Assembly (NCBI GenBank): GCA_903879985.1 | Contig: CAIRNR010000007.1 | Span: forward strand, 280,079 to 344,078 | Direction: 5' to 3' | Origin: an uncultured candidate division WWE3 bacterium | GTDB taxonomy: Bacteria; Patescibacteriota; WWE3; UBA101185; UBA10185 | DNA: 64,000 nucleotides | Shown: piece by piece, positions 49,201 through 58,575 of the stretch | Position numbering within the stretch: the stretch's first letter is position 1 | Layout: each line of letters opens with the position of its first letter | Position numbers and translations under genes: made by a program | Notes under the pieces: model-generated | Database searches by the model: none | Seen by the model: only the letters and a program-made list of their open reading frames with translations | What the model was told of the DNA's origin: nothing

Positions 49201-49385
49201 TCTGGATTATTTAAAAATTGGTTAACGTAAATCTTTTTTCCTGTGTTGAAGTTGTCTAAAACGATAACGCGTGCCTTATTTGCAAGTAATGCTTCGACAA
49301 TATGAGAGCCAATAAACCCGGCACCACCTGAAATAAGTACAGTTGGGGTCAGCGCAGATTTTTTTATAGATTGTCTTTTAAGCAT
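46260..49385 (-). CDS. 1041-aa fusion: N-terminal UXS/ArnA-like SDR domain (catalytic Tyr apparently missing), TM helix, ~590-aa extracytoplasmic domain of unknown function
   Basis: GGAGFIGSH Rossmann motif, and VSTMDVYQG / VRLPEVYGPRM resemble UDP-glucuronate decarboxylase. The YxxxK position reads LTEAK, so no Tyr. TM at ILMYFLYGFSITFAAFVVFVAAPSFL. Confidence 0.55.
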   Translation of the reverse strand: MLKRQSIKKSALTPTVLISGGAGFIGSHIVEALLANKARVIVLDNFNTGKKIYVNQFLNNPDFALYDVDINQGIPEEIESVDYVMHLAGLEEYSFSKELINLDSLLTNSLGTKNLLDLVNKSNGKFLLVSTMDVYQGRMSQQDMEKYFGHSGMEDNKFSLTEAKRFAEAVAWEYFKKNDTDVRIVRLPEVYGPRMSLDSSGNLGSFLKDLIEGHNVTIYGEGFEREYYLYVADAVSGLFKALFNQDTKGGIYSLVPGEQLSVLELAYVVKSLADGGVDVQFKPRLTDAMPQAALPNTASLKELNWFSKVTLKEGIIKTLQWFGYTPNENTFKPGKYIQQKQESKQKASAAELFTLQNAKASEIFTAQPVPSNAPTWPAAVPPIAPKLESKQPINKFKFSLSSLFSIFKRTNAPIFTKKVSLVQKILMYFLYGFSITFAAFVVFVAAPSFLAYRSATSGIASLQKLQDSALGLKADDISKASLGAAEDFTSARRYLHSLQWLFNVAGKQKTFSTYDKSLSSLAYFSKSAQSISTAVKPLQALWEVVRPDSTATLDPLTFENAQLEIANAKNYINLAQADAQYIDANDVPVKYRDKVEFYKNSLGGMGTNLNLLNSLVAELPQLLGSDTQKKYLVWFQNSNELRPTGGFIGSYGILTFDKGKLKDLVIDDIYNPDGQITLRGVNVKSPEPIAKFLGEKQLFLRNSNWDPDFTKSAQTFDDLYYKVTGVKMDGYVSLDLSFVQNILKVTGPVFLAAYNEEINADNLYERAQLHSDFNYKDGSDQKRSFLTVLGSKLLEKLFALKQDATPNLLTAINTSLTERHLAVYLTNNPLSLVLKDKKWDGSLVQTDGDYLNVVNANVGGTKANYYVKNKLLYEVNSLTRDGLLRANLYLDYQHTGTSDAWPAGPYTDYVRVIVQNGSKITGAKLIFDGTTETDIFKDVVVSTEGNYTVFETSFKLLTGKSARLIFSYDLPTNFSITSTQKDYKLYWQKQPGTNGDEFQFVFNPPFGMHVMSSSSNLSVDKDTVYKSGILQEDSLYNVSLY

Positions 49386-49482
49386 TAGGGCAGTTTCGGT
49401 AATTAATTCCTATCAATAAGTATAGACAAAAGGTATACTCAATTACAACTACTTTTTGCCCGTGTTGTAATATAATTAATAC

Positions 49483-50088
49483 ATGGAACTCAAGGAAATT
49501 ACTAAAAAACTTATAGCTAATAAAAAAACCCTATGCATAGCAGCATTTATCGGCTTATTGCTGGGATTTCTACTTAATGTCTTACCTCATAATTATTCGA
49601 TAGAAGGCTCATTTTTTGTAAAAAGAACGGCGGAAGCTCCAAACACACAAGTTTTCACATACGAGGGCTACTATAGCCAACAGACAGCGCTTGCGTACAC
49701 AAATAGCGTAATTGCTTTACTCGAAAGTACGGATTTACTAAAAGAAACCTTAACAAATTTGCAAATTCCCGTAACGGAAACCACCTTAAGAAAGTTTAGT
49801 AAAAATATTGACGTAAAAAAAGCTGGACCACAAGTTATTACCTTAACGGTAAAAGACAAAAATCCCACCTCCGGACAAGCTTTATGGAACGAAATGGCCA
49901 ATGTGTTAAATAAAACTACAAATGACGTAAATGCAAAGGGCGATCCAAACTTAAGTGTTTCTAAAATACTTGATCAACCAGTCGTAAAAGAACCATATAA
50001 CCCACTAGCATTATATTTACTTGGCGGGTTATGCTTCGGACTACTTTTAGGCGCGTTTTATATTACTTTAAAGGAATATTCAAAATGA
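49483..50088 (+). CDS. Wzz/PCP-like polysaccharide chain-length determinant (short)
   Basis: N-terminal and C-terminal TM helices, the latter with LLGGLCFGLLLGAF (G-rich Wzz C-terminal TM), flanking a periplasmic domain. Confidence 0.45.
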   Translation: MELKEITKKLIANKKTLCIAAFIGLLLGFLLNVLPHNYSIEGSFFVKRTAEAPNTQVFTYEGYYSQQTALAYTNSVIALLESTDLLKETLTNLQIPVTETTLRKFSKNIDVKKAGPQVITLTVKDKNPTSGQALWNEMANVLNKTTNDVNAKGDPNLSVSKILDQPVVKEPYNPLALYLLGGLCFGLLLGAFYITLKEYSK

Positions 50089-50480
50089 TAATAAATACCG
50101 ACGGTGGATCCAGAGGAAATCCCGGACCATCAGCTATTGGAATTGTAATAAGAGACAACACAGGTACTGTTGTTAAAGAAATAGGAAAATACATTGGTGT
50201 AGGAACAAACAATGAAGCCGAATACAAAGCTTTAGTTCTTGGCATAGAAACAGTTATTGAAAAAGGTGAAAAAGATTTACAGTGCTATTTAGACAGTGAA
50301 CTTGTTGTAAATCAACTTACGGGCAAATATAAAGTCAAAAATATGGAACTCAAAAAGTTTTGGGATCAAATCAAAATTTTGGAAAAGAAACTGGAAAAAA
50401 TTGAATATACCCACGTTAGAAGAGAAAAGAATAAAGAAGCAGATGCTATAGTAAACCAAGTACTAGATTCAACACACTAA
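50085..50480 (+). CDS. rnhA: ribonuclease HI
   Basis: INTDGGSRGNPGPSAIG, NNEAEY and REKNKEAD are RNase H DEDD-site blocks. Start trimmed to MIINTDGG. Confidence 0.7.
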   Translation: MIINTDGGSRGNPGPSAIGIVIRDNTGTVVKEIGKYIGVGTNNEAEYKALVLGIETVIEKGEKDLQCYLDSELVVNQLTGKYKVKNMELKKFWDQIKILEKKLEKIEYTHVRREKNKEADAIVNQVLDSTH

Positions 50481-50486
50481 AATAAA

Positions 50487-51365
50487 ATGGATGAACACAA
50501 ATACGAGAACGAGTGCAAAGAAGCTATTTTAAAAACACTCGCCTATCGATCAGTATTTAAATACCCTCTTAGCTTTTACCAAATGGCAACGTTTTTGATG
50601 TCTCCAAGGGAATTTTCAACACAAGAAATTAAGGAATCCGCAAACAAACTTATTCAAGAAAGCATTATTAAAAGAAAATATAAAAAATACATCTTGTGCA
50701 AAAATAATTACGTAAACTGGCAACATAAATATCAACACTCCATAGAAGTTATCAAAAAAAATCAAAAGTACTTTGATATCTTGGCAAAAATACCTTGGAT
50801 AAAAATGATTTGCGTTACCGGTTCAGTTGCCGCTTGCAATGCTGAAAAAGAAACAGATATAGATGTCTTGATTGTGGCAAGTAAAAATAGGTTATGGTTA
50901 ACTCGAGGTTTTACAGCACTAATACTTACTATTTTAAATAAACAGCCTTTTGGAGGCGAAGAAGTTCCGGGAAGCATTTGCACCAACATTTTTATGGAAG
51001 AGTCACAACTTGAGTGGGAAGAAAAAAAACAAAATGTATACACAGCAACAGATATTGTTTTAATGCAGCCAGTAATTAACAAAGGAAATACTTATTTTGA
51101 ATTTATTAGAGAAAATAAATGGATATTTAAGTTTTATAAGAACTTCGTCGTAGATATCGCGGAAACCCCAACACGAAATAGGCGTCCAAGCCACTTGATA
51201 AACAGATTGGAAGATACCGCAAGGGAAATTCAGTTGATGTACATGAAAAAGAAAAAAACAGTAGAAATTACCACAAAGCATTTAATTCATTTTAATAAGC
51301 ACGATAGTACAGGTAAGGTTTTGAATAATTATAAAAAGGTTTTGGCTCAGCTGAAGATTTCCTAA
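50487..51365 (+). CDS. polymerase-beta-superfamily nucleotidyltransferase domain protein
   Basis: VTGSVAACNAEKETDIDVLIV is a GS-x9-DxD minimal NTase motif. A downstream TATDIV is a candidate third acidic residue. About 110 aa precede the NTase motif. Confidence 0.45.
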   Translation: MDEHKYENECKEAILKTLAYRSVFKYPLSFYQMATFLMSPREFSTQEIKESANKLIQESIIKRKYKKYILCKNNYVNWQHKYQHSIEVIKKNQKYFDILAKIPWIKMICVTGSVAACNAEKETDIDVLIVASKNRLWLTRGFTALILTILNKQPFGGEEVPGSICTNIFMEESQLEWEEKKQNVYTATDIVLMQPVINKGNTYFEFIRENKWIFKFYKNFVVDIAETPTRNRRPSHLINRLEDTAREIQLMYMKKKKTVEITTKHLIHFNKHDSTGKVLNNYKKVLAQLKIS

Positions 51366-51380
51366 AGAACTAAAAGAAAA

Positions 51381-51396
51381 GGACCCCGCAGGGTCC
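51381..51396. terminator. bidirectional terminator between the NTase gene (+) and groEL (-)
   Basis: GGACCCCGCAGGGTCC hairpin, flanked by T-tracts on both strands. Confidence 0.5.
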
Positions 51397-51432
51397 CGTT
51401 CCTTTTTAAAAACATTCTCAAAAAACCAAAGG

Positions 51433-53088
51433 CTACATCATATCTTCCATGCCGCCCATTCCACCCATACCTGCACCAGCGCCTGGCATTGGTGATTCTT
51501 TCTTTGGAGCATCAGCAACCAAACATTCGGTTGTTAAAATCATAATCGCGGCGGAAGCTGAATTTTCCAAAGCACTTCTGATAACTTTGGCCGGATCAAT
51601 TATTCCGTCAGCAACCATATCAACGTAAGTCATTTTTACAACATTAAAACCAATGTTTGAGTTCTTTTGTTCTTCGGCTTTGCGTTCGACTTCGGCAAGG
51701 ACTCTTCCGGCATCAGCACCACTATTTTGAATAAGAGTTCTGATTGGTTTTTCAAGTGCGGATTTTAAGATTGAAGCACCCGTACCTTCATCGCCTTCAA
51801 GTTTTAAGGCATCAATGGCTTTAGCCAATTTAAGATAGGTAACACCACCACCTGCAACAATTCCTTCTTCGACTGCAGCTTTTGTAGCGTTAACAGCATC
51901 TTCAACCCTAAGCTTAAGTTCTTTTAACTCAGCTTCGGTGGCAGCACCAACTTTTATTACGGCAACACCGCCTGATAACTTAGCCAAGCGTTCAGCCAAT
52001 TTTTCTTTATCGTAACTGGATGTTGTAGTATCAAGTTGAGCCTGAATTTGTTTTACACGATCCTTAATTCCTTTTTCGTCACCTTTTCCGCCAATAATTG
52101 TTGTGCTGTCTTTATCTGAAACAACTCTTTCAGCGCGACCTAAGTCATCGATTGTTACAGAATCCAATTTACGACCTGTATCTGAACTCACAAATGTAGC
52201 ACCACTAAGGATGGCGATATCTTCTAACATAGATTTTCGTCTATCACCAAATCCTGGAGCTTTAACTGCTAAAACGTTTAAAACACCACGAAGTTTGTTA
52301 ACTACTAAAGTAGCTTGTGCTTCACCGTCAACGTCATCGGCAATGATTACTAAGTTCTTTGAAACTTTAACCAAACCTTCGAGCATTGGTAACAATTCAG
52401 ACATGCTGGAAATCTTAGAATCCGTTATTAACAAATAAGGATCTTCGATTATTGCTTCCATACGTTCAGAGTTTGTAACAAAGTAAGGTGAAGAATAACC
52501 TTTATCAAATTGCATTCCTTCTTTGTATTCCAGTTCAATGTCAAAACCTTTTGACTCGTCAATTGTGATAACACCCGCATCTCCAACTTTTTCCATAGCA
52601 TCGGCAATTAATTTACCAATAGCTTCATTTTGTGCAGAAATAGTTGCAACTTGTGTCTTTTCTTCTTTACTGGAAATTTTCTTTGATAAGTTTTTAACTT
52701 CGGCAACAGCGGCATCAACAGCTTTTTCTAATCCTTTACGGATCATCATGGCGTTTGCACCGGCTGAAATATTTCTCAAACCTGCGTCGACCATAGCCTG
52801 AGCCAAAATTGTTGCGGTAGTAGTTCCGTCACCTGCGACATCGTTTGTTTTTGATGAAGCTTCTTTTACAATTTGAGCGCCCATGTTTTCGAATACGTCT
52901 TCAAGTTCTATTTCTTTTGCAACAGTTACACCATCGTGGACAACACTTGGTGTTCCATAACTTTTTGCCAAAGCAACATTTCCACCTTTTGGACCTAATG
53001 TTGTAGCAACTGCACGAGCCAAGATATCAACTCCGGCTTTTAATTTTGTTCTTGCGGCATCACCGTATATTATTTTTTTAGCTGACAT
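51433..53088 (-). CDS. groEL: chaperonin GroEL
   Basis: [11 protein letters not shown]...GPKGRNV-type N-terminus and a C-terminal GGM repeat (GMGGMGGM). Confidence 0.95.
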   Translation of the reverse strand: MSAKKIIYGDAARTKLKAGVDILARAVATTLGPKGGNVALAKSYGTPSVVHDGVTVAKEIELEDVFENMGAQIVKEASSKTNDVAGDGTTTATILAQAMVDAGLRNISAGANAMMIRKGLEKAVDAAVAEVKNLSKKISSKEEKTQVATISAQNEAIGKLIADAMEKVGDAGVITIDESKGFDIELEYKEGMQFDKGYSSPYFVTNSERMEAIIEDPYLLITDSKISSMSELLPMLEGLVKVSKNLVIIADDVDGEAQATLVVNKLRGVLNVLAVKAPGFGDRRKSMLEDIAILSGATFVSSDTGRKLDSVTIDDLGRAERVVSDKDSTTIIGGKGDEKGIKDRVKQIQAQLDTTTSSYDKEKLAERLAKLSGGVAVIKVGAATEAELKELKLRVEDAVNATKAAVEEGIVAGGGVTYLKLAKAIDALKLEGDEGTGASILKSALEKPIRTLIQNSGADAGRVLAEVERKAEEQKNSNIGFNVVKMTYVDMVADGIIDPAKVIRSALENSASAAIMILTTECLVADAPKKESPMPGAGAGMGGMGGMEDMM

Positions 53089-53099
53089 AAAAATCCTCC

Positions 53100-53402
53100 T
53101 TAATTTTCCACGACGGCAATAATATCCTCTTCTTTTACAAGAAGCATATCTTTGCCTTCAACTTTAATTTCAGTTCCGCCCCATTTTTTATACATAACAA
53201 TATCCCCAACTTTAATTTCTAAAGGGATACGATTTCCTTTGTCATCGCGTTTACCGGAACCAACTGCTACAACTTTACCTTCTTGAGGCTTTTCTTTGGC
53301 CATATCCGGAATAACTATTCCCGATGGGAGGGTAGTTTCTTTTTGTACTGGTTCAACCAATACGTTGTCGGATAATGGTTTTATTTTTCCTAATGCTGCC
53401 AT
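53100..53402 (-). CDS. groES: co-chaperonin GroES
   Basis: MA..KIKPL.DRVLV ... GKVVAVG ... VGDIVMY. Confidence 0.9.
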   Translation of the reverse strand: MAALGKIKPLSDNVLVEPVQKETTLPSGIVIPDMAKEKPQEGKVVAVGSGKRDDKGNRIPLEIKVGDIVMYKKWGGTEIKVEGKDMLLVKEEDIIAVVEN

Positions 53403-53454
53403 ATAATCCTCCTTCGAGCTTGTGCTCGTGCCAGTACTTGCTGGCTAAAAATAA

Positions 53455-55272
53455 TTAATTAAATTTTGCGTAAATTCGTAACTTACCGTCACCTATATTT
53501 TCTTGTTTATAAATCTTAATCGGACGTAATTGTGATGTGTTTTCAACATGAGGACCTCCACAAAGTTCCTTGCTGTAAGCGTTCTCAATTGTATCACCTA
53601 CAAAATATACCTTTACATCTTCAGGATAAGTTTCGGTTGGAATAAATAATGCGCCCTTTGCCTTTGCTTCCGCTTGAGGAAGAACTACAAATTTTACAGG
53701 TAACTTTTCAGAGATTTTTTCGTTAACAATATTTTCAACTTGTGCAATTTGTTCTTCAGTCATTTTTGTAGAGTTAGGAAAGTCAAAGCGTAAACGTTCC
53801 CCTGTAATGTTGCTTCCCAATTGTCGCACGTGATCACCTACCACAGTTTTTAAAGCGCGCTGTAACAAATGAGTTGTTGTGTGATATTTAACAACTTCCT
53901 CACTTTGATCAGCAAGGCCACCTTTAAACTTTTGTTCTGCGCCGGCTCGTGATTTTTCTTGATGTTCTTTTTGAATATTATTAAAAGTAGCTTCAACGTC
54001 TTTTATATTTACACTTAGTTTTTTATCGCGTAAATCTTCTAAAAAGATTTCCAGAGGATAACCTAATGATTGGTAAGCGGTAAATGCGGCAGTCGCCAAA
54101 GCTTCAACACTATTAATATCTACTTTTTGTAAAACTCGTTCAACTTCTCTACTTCCGTTTTCAAGAGTTTTTCTAAACTTCTCTTCTTCACCTGCAAATA
54201 TTTGTTCTATTTGTGCTTGTTTTGTAACAAGTTCTGGATATAGCCAAGAGATTGTATTTATAACGACACCAACCAAGGCTACAGAAATGTTTTCGGTGAT
54301 TCCAAGCTTTCGTCCTGATCTAATCATTCGGCGCAAGATTCTTCGCAATAAGTAACCTTGATCTTTGTTGCTTGGCATAACTCCGTCCATCGCTAAAAGT
54401 GTCGATGCGCGCATATGATCAGCAATTATTCTCATGGCTCTAGTTGTTTCAGGAGAATGTCTGTAATTTAAACCGGTAATTTCAACTATTTTTTCTATAA
54501 TCGGCCAAAATGTGTCTGTTTCAAAAATATCTTGCTTACCTTGCTCAATCATGGCCATGCGTTCCATACCGCCACCAAAATCAACATTCTTTTGGGCTAA
54601 AGGTTCCCAACCATTCTCAGTTTTTTTGTATTGCATAAAAACCGAGTTACCTAGTTCCAAAAATTGATCTTCGTTATCAATAAGGTTCTTTTCACCACGA
54701 GGTTCATCACCTATATAGTAGTGAATTTCCGAGTCTGGCCCGCCAAGTTCACCAACGGCGTCACCTCTTTGCCACCAGTTTTTATCGCGACCACATGCAA
54801 ATATTTTTTCGTCTTCTTTGGCATCAATTCCACGCTTTGCAAAAATCCCCTTAATAAGTTCAATTGATTCGGTATCCTTTGGTGCAAATTCATCTCCGAC
54901 AAAAACAGTTGGAAACATCTTTGCAGGATCTAAACCTAATACGTCTATTAAAAATTCGTAAACCCAAGGCAACTGTTCTTGCTTAAAGTAGTCATTCAAA
55001 GACCAGTTACCAATCATGTGAAAAGCTAAAGTGTGAACAGCATCACCGATTTCTTCAACATCCTCGAGCCTTAAAGCTCTTTGAACATTTACAAGTCTAC
55101 TGCCTAATGGATGAGATTCTCCAGTTAAATAAGGAACAAGCGGAAACATTCCTGAATTTACGAATAGTAAAGTTGAATCGCCTTCAGGCACAAGTGATAC
55201 GTTGGGTATTTGTTTATGCCCACGTTCCTTATAAAAGCTTAAATATTTTTCGAGTAGTTCCTTTGTGGTCAT
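53455..55272 (-). CDS. alaS: alanine--tRNA ligase, short form lacking the C-Ala domain
   Basis: FVNSGMFPLVPY (AlaRS motif region), HTTTHLLQRAL (editing-domain HxxxH), and ends at LCGGPHV (CGGTH). 605 aa compared with the ~870 typical. Confidence 0.8.
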   Translation of the reverse strand: MTTKELLEKYLSFYKERGHKQIPNVSLVPEGDSTLLFVNSGMFPLVPYLTGESHPLGSRLVNVQRALRLEDVEEIGDAVHTLAFHMIGNWSLNDYFKQEQLPWVYEFLIDVLGLDPAKMFPTVFVGDEFAPKDTESIELIKGIFAKRGIDAKEDEKIFACGRDKNWWQRGDAVGELGGPDSEIHYYIGDEPRGEKNLIDNEDQFLELGNSVFMQYKKTENGWEPLAQKNVDFGGGMERMAMIEQGKQDIFETDTFWPIIEKIVEITGLNYRHSPETTRAMRIIADHMRASTLLAMDGVMPSNKDQGYLLRRILRRMIRSGRKLGITENISVALVGVVINTISWLYPELVTKQAQIEQIFAGEEEKFRKTLENGSREVERVLQKVDINSVEALATAAFTAYQSLGYPLEIFLEDLRDKKLSVNIKDVEATFNNIQKEHQEKSRAGAEQKFKGGLADQSEEVVKYHTTTHLLQRALKTVVGDHVRQLGSNITGERLRFDFPNSTKMTEEQIAQVENIVNEKISEKLPVKFVVLPQAEAKAKGALFIPTETYPEDVKVYFVGDTIENAYSKELCGGPHVENTSQLRPIKIYKQENIGDGKLRIYAKFN

Positions 55273-55288
55273 GTTTTTAATAAATCTT

Positions 55289-55362
55289 TGGAGGTCTGGG
55301 TGGGAATCGAACCCACGATAAGGGTTTTGCAGACCCTTGCCTTACCACTTGGCGACCAGACC
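55289..55362 (-). tRNA. tRNA-Cys (anticodon GCA)
   Basis: Manual cloverleaf: GGTCTGG/CCAGACC acceptor, anticodon loop CTGCAAA, T-loop TTCGATT, CCA encoded. TGCTAAAAT lies upstream. Confidence 0.8.
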
Positions 55363-55471
55363 GTGTGCAACTATTTTAGCAAATAATGTCAAAAATACGA
55401 CCAGAAAAACCGCGTATACCCCAGCTATTGTTGCCATTTTACCATCTCCGTGCTAACTTAAATATAATCTC

Positions 55472-56650
55472 ATGTCAGTATCTACTATAGCTACAAAGCA
55501 AAATTCTATACCTACTTTTATTACTTATGGCCTTGGAATAATCGGCATAGGCTTGGTTGTTTTTTTCGGCGGCGAAGTCATAAAAAACATAGATAATCTC
55601 AAGGGAAAAGCAGGTGTTAGTATTCAGGCAACAAATGCTGATGCCGATATTTATATTAACGATAAATTTGTTGGTAAAACACCTTACGAAGCTACAAATA
55701 TAAAACCGGGTCAAAATAAGGTCGCGGTAAAAACTGCCGACAGAGAATATCAAACAACAATTGACTTTTTATCAAACAGTAACAACCTTTTACATGTAGT
55801 AGGCATAGTAAGAGATCTTGGTGTTTCCGATAATTTTTCCTCAGGCCAAGACTTTTGGTTTGAAAAAGATGACTCCGGAAATGTTTTAAGAGTTATTACA
55901 GAACCTCCTCAGGCTAAAGTTTTTTTGGACGGCGCTGAGATAGGCACTTCTCCATTCTTAAAAGGAAATGTTAGTGAAGGCGATTATGAATTAAAAGTGA
56001 CCTTACCCGGATATGAAACTCAAACCACCAGAATCAACATTAAAAAAGGATATGTATTGAACGCATCAACTAAATTATTTCCAATGCCAATTCCTCAGCC
56101 AGTTTCTGCACTTACAAGCGCAGGAAACTTTTACGATCTATCCACCGATAACGATGTTGTTGCGTCCGACACACAGAGTTGGGTTAAAGCTATTATTTAC
56201 TGGAATAAAACTCGTGGAATTAATGTTGATAACGTCGGCGACAACAAAGGTTTAATTTTTGATTTCTACCTTGATTACAAAGGAAATATGTTCAATGCCG
56301 ACGGAAATCCTGTTACAACAACCGCGGATATGGCAGCACTTAAAAACTATAAAAAGGGCGCGTATCTCGGAAAAAAAGCTGACGGTGGTTTAAGTTCACA
56401 AGCTAAAGATGCCTTAACAACACTTTTAGGATCAGCAGCAGCCATCGGGGGTAAACAAGCCACAATTAAAGCCACACCGACCGGCTGGCTACGTGTTAGA
56501 GACAATCCCACATTATCCGGTGTTGAAGTAACCAGAGTCGATACAGGGGGTTCCTACCTCGTTGAAGAAGAGAAAACAGGTTGGGTTAAAATTAAAATAT
56601 CAGATACTGTTGAAGGCTGGGTTTCATCCGACTACGTAACAATAAAATAA
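55472..56650 (+). CDS. membrane-anchored PEGA-repeat protein with C-terminal SH3b domain
   Basis: Two PEGA-like units (ADIYINDKFVGKTPY, PQAKVFLDGAEIGTSPF). C-terminal GWLRVRDNPTLSGVEVTRVDTGGSYLV...GWVKI is bacterial SH3. Confidence 0.5.
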   Translation: MSVSTIATKQNSIPTFITYGLGIIGIGLVVFFGGEVIKNIDNLKGKAGVSIQATNADADIYINDKFVGKTPYEATNIKPGQNKVAVKTADREYQTTIDFLSNSNNLLHVVGIVRDLGVSDNFSSGQDFWFEKDDSGNVLRVITEPPQAKVFLDGAEIGTSPFLKGNVSEGDYELKVTLPGYETQTTRINIKKGYVLNASTKLFPMPIPQPVSALTSAGNFYDLSTDNDVVASDTQSWVKAIIYWNKTRGINVDNVGDNKGLIFDFYLDYKGNMFNADGNPVTTTADMAALKNYKKGAYLGKKADGGLSSQAKDALTTLLGSAAAIGGKQATIKATPTGWLRVRDNPTLSGVEVTRVDTGGSYLVEEEKTGWVKIKISDTVEGWVSSDYVTIK

Positions 56651-56655
56651 CTCAG

Positions 56656-57264
56656 CTACTTTAAAGAAGCATTCCAATCTAACAAATCAGGTCTTAACAC
56701 TTTAACTTGTGCTACCGTATCGTTAAAGTCATCAATTAATCCCAGCTTTTTTTCGTACTTTGCTACTAACACTAAAACTCCTGCATCATTTTTGTAACGT
56801 AACTTGGCCATATCTAAAAAGTTTTTCGTTGTAGGCAGATATGTTTCATCTGTTTTAGTTCCGGCACCACCTGAAGCAGAAAGATCCAAAGCCAAAAAAT
56901 AATACAAAGGAACTTCGTTTCGGATCGTAACTAAATTATTTGGATTCAATGTATAAGCGTCTTCAAGGTATTGAATAACTTTAATTTTATTTGCATCAAC
57001 AGTTTCCTTATCTTTTCCAAGAGAACTTAAAATATAAGCTTTAGCCAAAACCCGCTGATAGTTTGCTTCAAAAGGATTTAAGAAAGCAGCTTCTTTAGCA
57101 TCCTTTAACCCTTCACTATAATAACCGGTCGACAATTCTTCATCGGCACTACCTAAGTAACCATCTGCACTATATAAGCGCAAATAAACCCACGTACTCA
57201 CAAAAAAGCTTACCCAAATAACAGTTAATAAAATTGGTTTTCTAAATTCTTTTATAAAATTCAT
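56656..57264 (-). CDS. membrane-anchored hypothetical protein
   Basis: 4-nt overlap with the upstream Wzy-like gene, suggesting an operon. Confidence 0.4.
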   Translation of the reverse strand: MNFIKEFRKPILLTVIWVSFFVSTWVYLRLYSADGYLGSADEELSTGYYSEGLKDAKEAAFLNPFEANYQRVLAKAYILSSLGKDKETVDANKIKVIQYLEDAYTLNPNNLVTIRNEVPLYYFLALDLSASGGAGTKTDETYLPTTKNFLDMAKLRYKNDAGVLVLVAKYEKKLGLIDDFNDTVAQVKVLRPDLLDWNASLK

Positions 57265-58544
57265 AATTCAGCATTCCTTTCGGCCAACGCCAGAAAAAGC
57301 CAAAAAAGAATTGCTGTTGAAACTACCGGCCAACCAAAAAAACAAGAAACTAAAAATCCCACAAATCCGGGAATTAATATTTTTGATTTCTTTTTTAAGA
57401 AATTTACGGACAATATCAAATATGCAATCAAACCAATTATTCCTTGCTCAGACAACAACTCTAAATAATAGTTATGAGGTTTATTAAACACAAAATCCCA
57501 TTCGGAAGAATAATTTAATATTAAAGGTCGATATTTTTGAAACTGGTAAGGAAAAGTTTCTGGACCTGTGCCTAATAAAAAGGTCTTTGGACTTGAAGTC
57601 ACCAAAAACCATGTCCCGCGCCAAAGTCCTTCACGAATATAGCCAGCATCAGAAACTTTGTAATCTGCAGGATTCTCTTGAGCATAAACTTCCACTGATG
57701 CCCATACAATTCTCCTTAAGTCCGTCCAAGCGTCGTGGACACGTGATGAAAATATTCCTAGGTTGGTAATAGAAATAAGTCCTGTAATAAGTACGAGGAC
57801 AAAAACTTTCGCTAAGTTGCCCCGTGTAACGTGCGTCTTTCGAACAAACAAAGCAACCAAAAACAACATGCTTGCTGCAAAACCTAAATATCCGGATAAA
57901 GAATACGTTAACCACAAACAAGAAAAACCTGCAAAATACACAGAAACCCAAAATATAAACTTTTCTCTAAAAGCCAAGATCAAAGAAAATGGAATTAACA
58001 TCACCAAATACTGCGCCAGCCAGTTGGGTTGTCCAAATGTTGAAAATACTCGATCGGTCTCGGCAACAAAGTCTGAGCCTGAACCAGAATAATGTTGAGA
58101 AACTCCGTAAAAACCAATGGGTAATATTGTAAGCACAGCAAGCCTCAGCAATATTTTAAAATCTTTTGCGGTCAAAACATTTAGAGAAATAAAATAAAGT
58201 GCTGCGTAGATTAAAGTTGAAATAAGAGCGTCATTAAACCTGGTGTAATAGCCCCAAACAGAAGTATAAACGTGTGTTGAGAAAATTGTTGAAATAATAA
58301 AAGCCAAAACAAATAACAAAACGGGCTTTGAGGGTAAAATCAGTTTACGTGGTTTATTTACAAGTTCCGTTAAAAAAACTGCCAAAGTAAACGTTCCAAC
58401 AATGTAAACAAAAAACATTTTAGGAAATTCAAAAAGTTCATTTGTATTTGTTACAAAAATGAGTGGCGGTAATACAAGCAATAGCGCAAACAGAATTAAA
58501 TATTTATTATTTTTTATTACTTTTATTGACTCATTTAAGCGCAT
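57261..58544 (-). CDS. O-antigen ligase/polymerase (Wzy_C)-like membrane protein
   Basis: About 10 TM segments and a periplasmic loop (YYLELLSEQGIIGLIAYLIL, Wzy_C-like). Confidence 0.5.
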   Translation of the reverse strand: MRLNESIKVIKNNKYLILFALLLVLPPLIFVTNTNELFEFPKMFFVYIVGTFTLAVFLTELVNKPRKLILPSKPVLLFVLAFIISTIFSTHVYTSVWGYYTRFNDALISTLIYAALYFISLNVLTAKDFKILLRLAVLTILPIGFYGVSQHYSGSGSDFVAETDRVFSTFGQPNWLAQYLVMLIPFSLILAFREKFIFWVSVYFAGFSCLWLTYSLSGYLGFAASMLFLVALFVRKTHVTRGNLAKVFVLVLITGLISITNLGIFSSRVHDAWTDLRRIVWASVEVYAQENPADYKVSDAGYIREGLWRGTWFLVTSSPKTFLLGTGPETFPYQFQKYRPLILNYSSEWDFVFNKPHNYYLELLSEQGIIGLIAYLILSVNFLKKKSKILIPGFVGFLVSCFFGWPVVSTAILFWLFLALAERNAEL

Positions 58545-58575
58545 AACTGTATTATATTAGTAGGTTTAATTATAT

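Noticed and set aside
53403-53454. CIRCE/HrcA operator upstream of groES
   Set aside because: The inverted repeats do not match TTAGCACTC-N9-GAGTGCTAA beyond the TTAGC start. No hrcA in the window.
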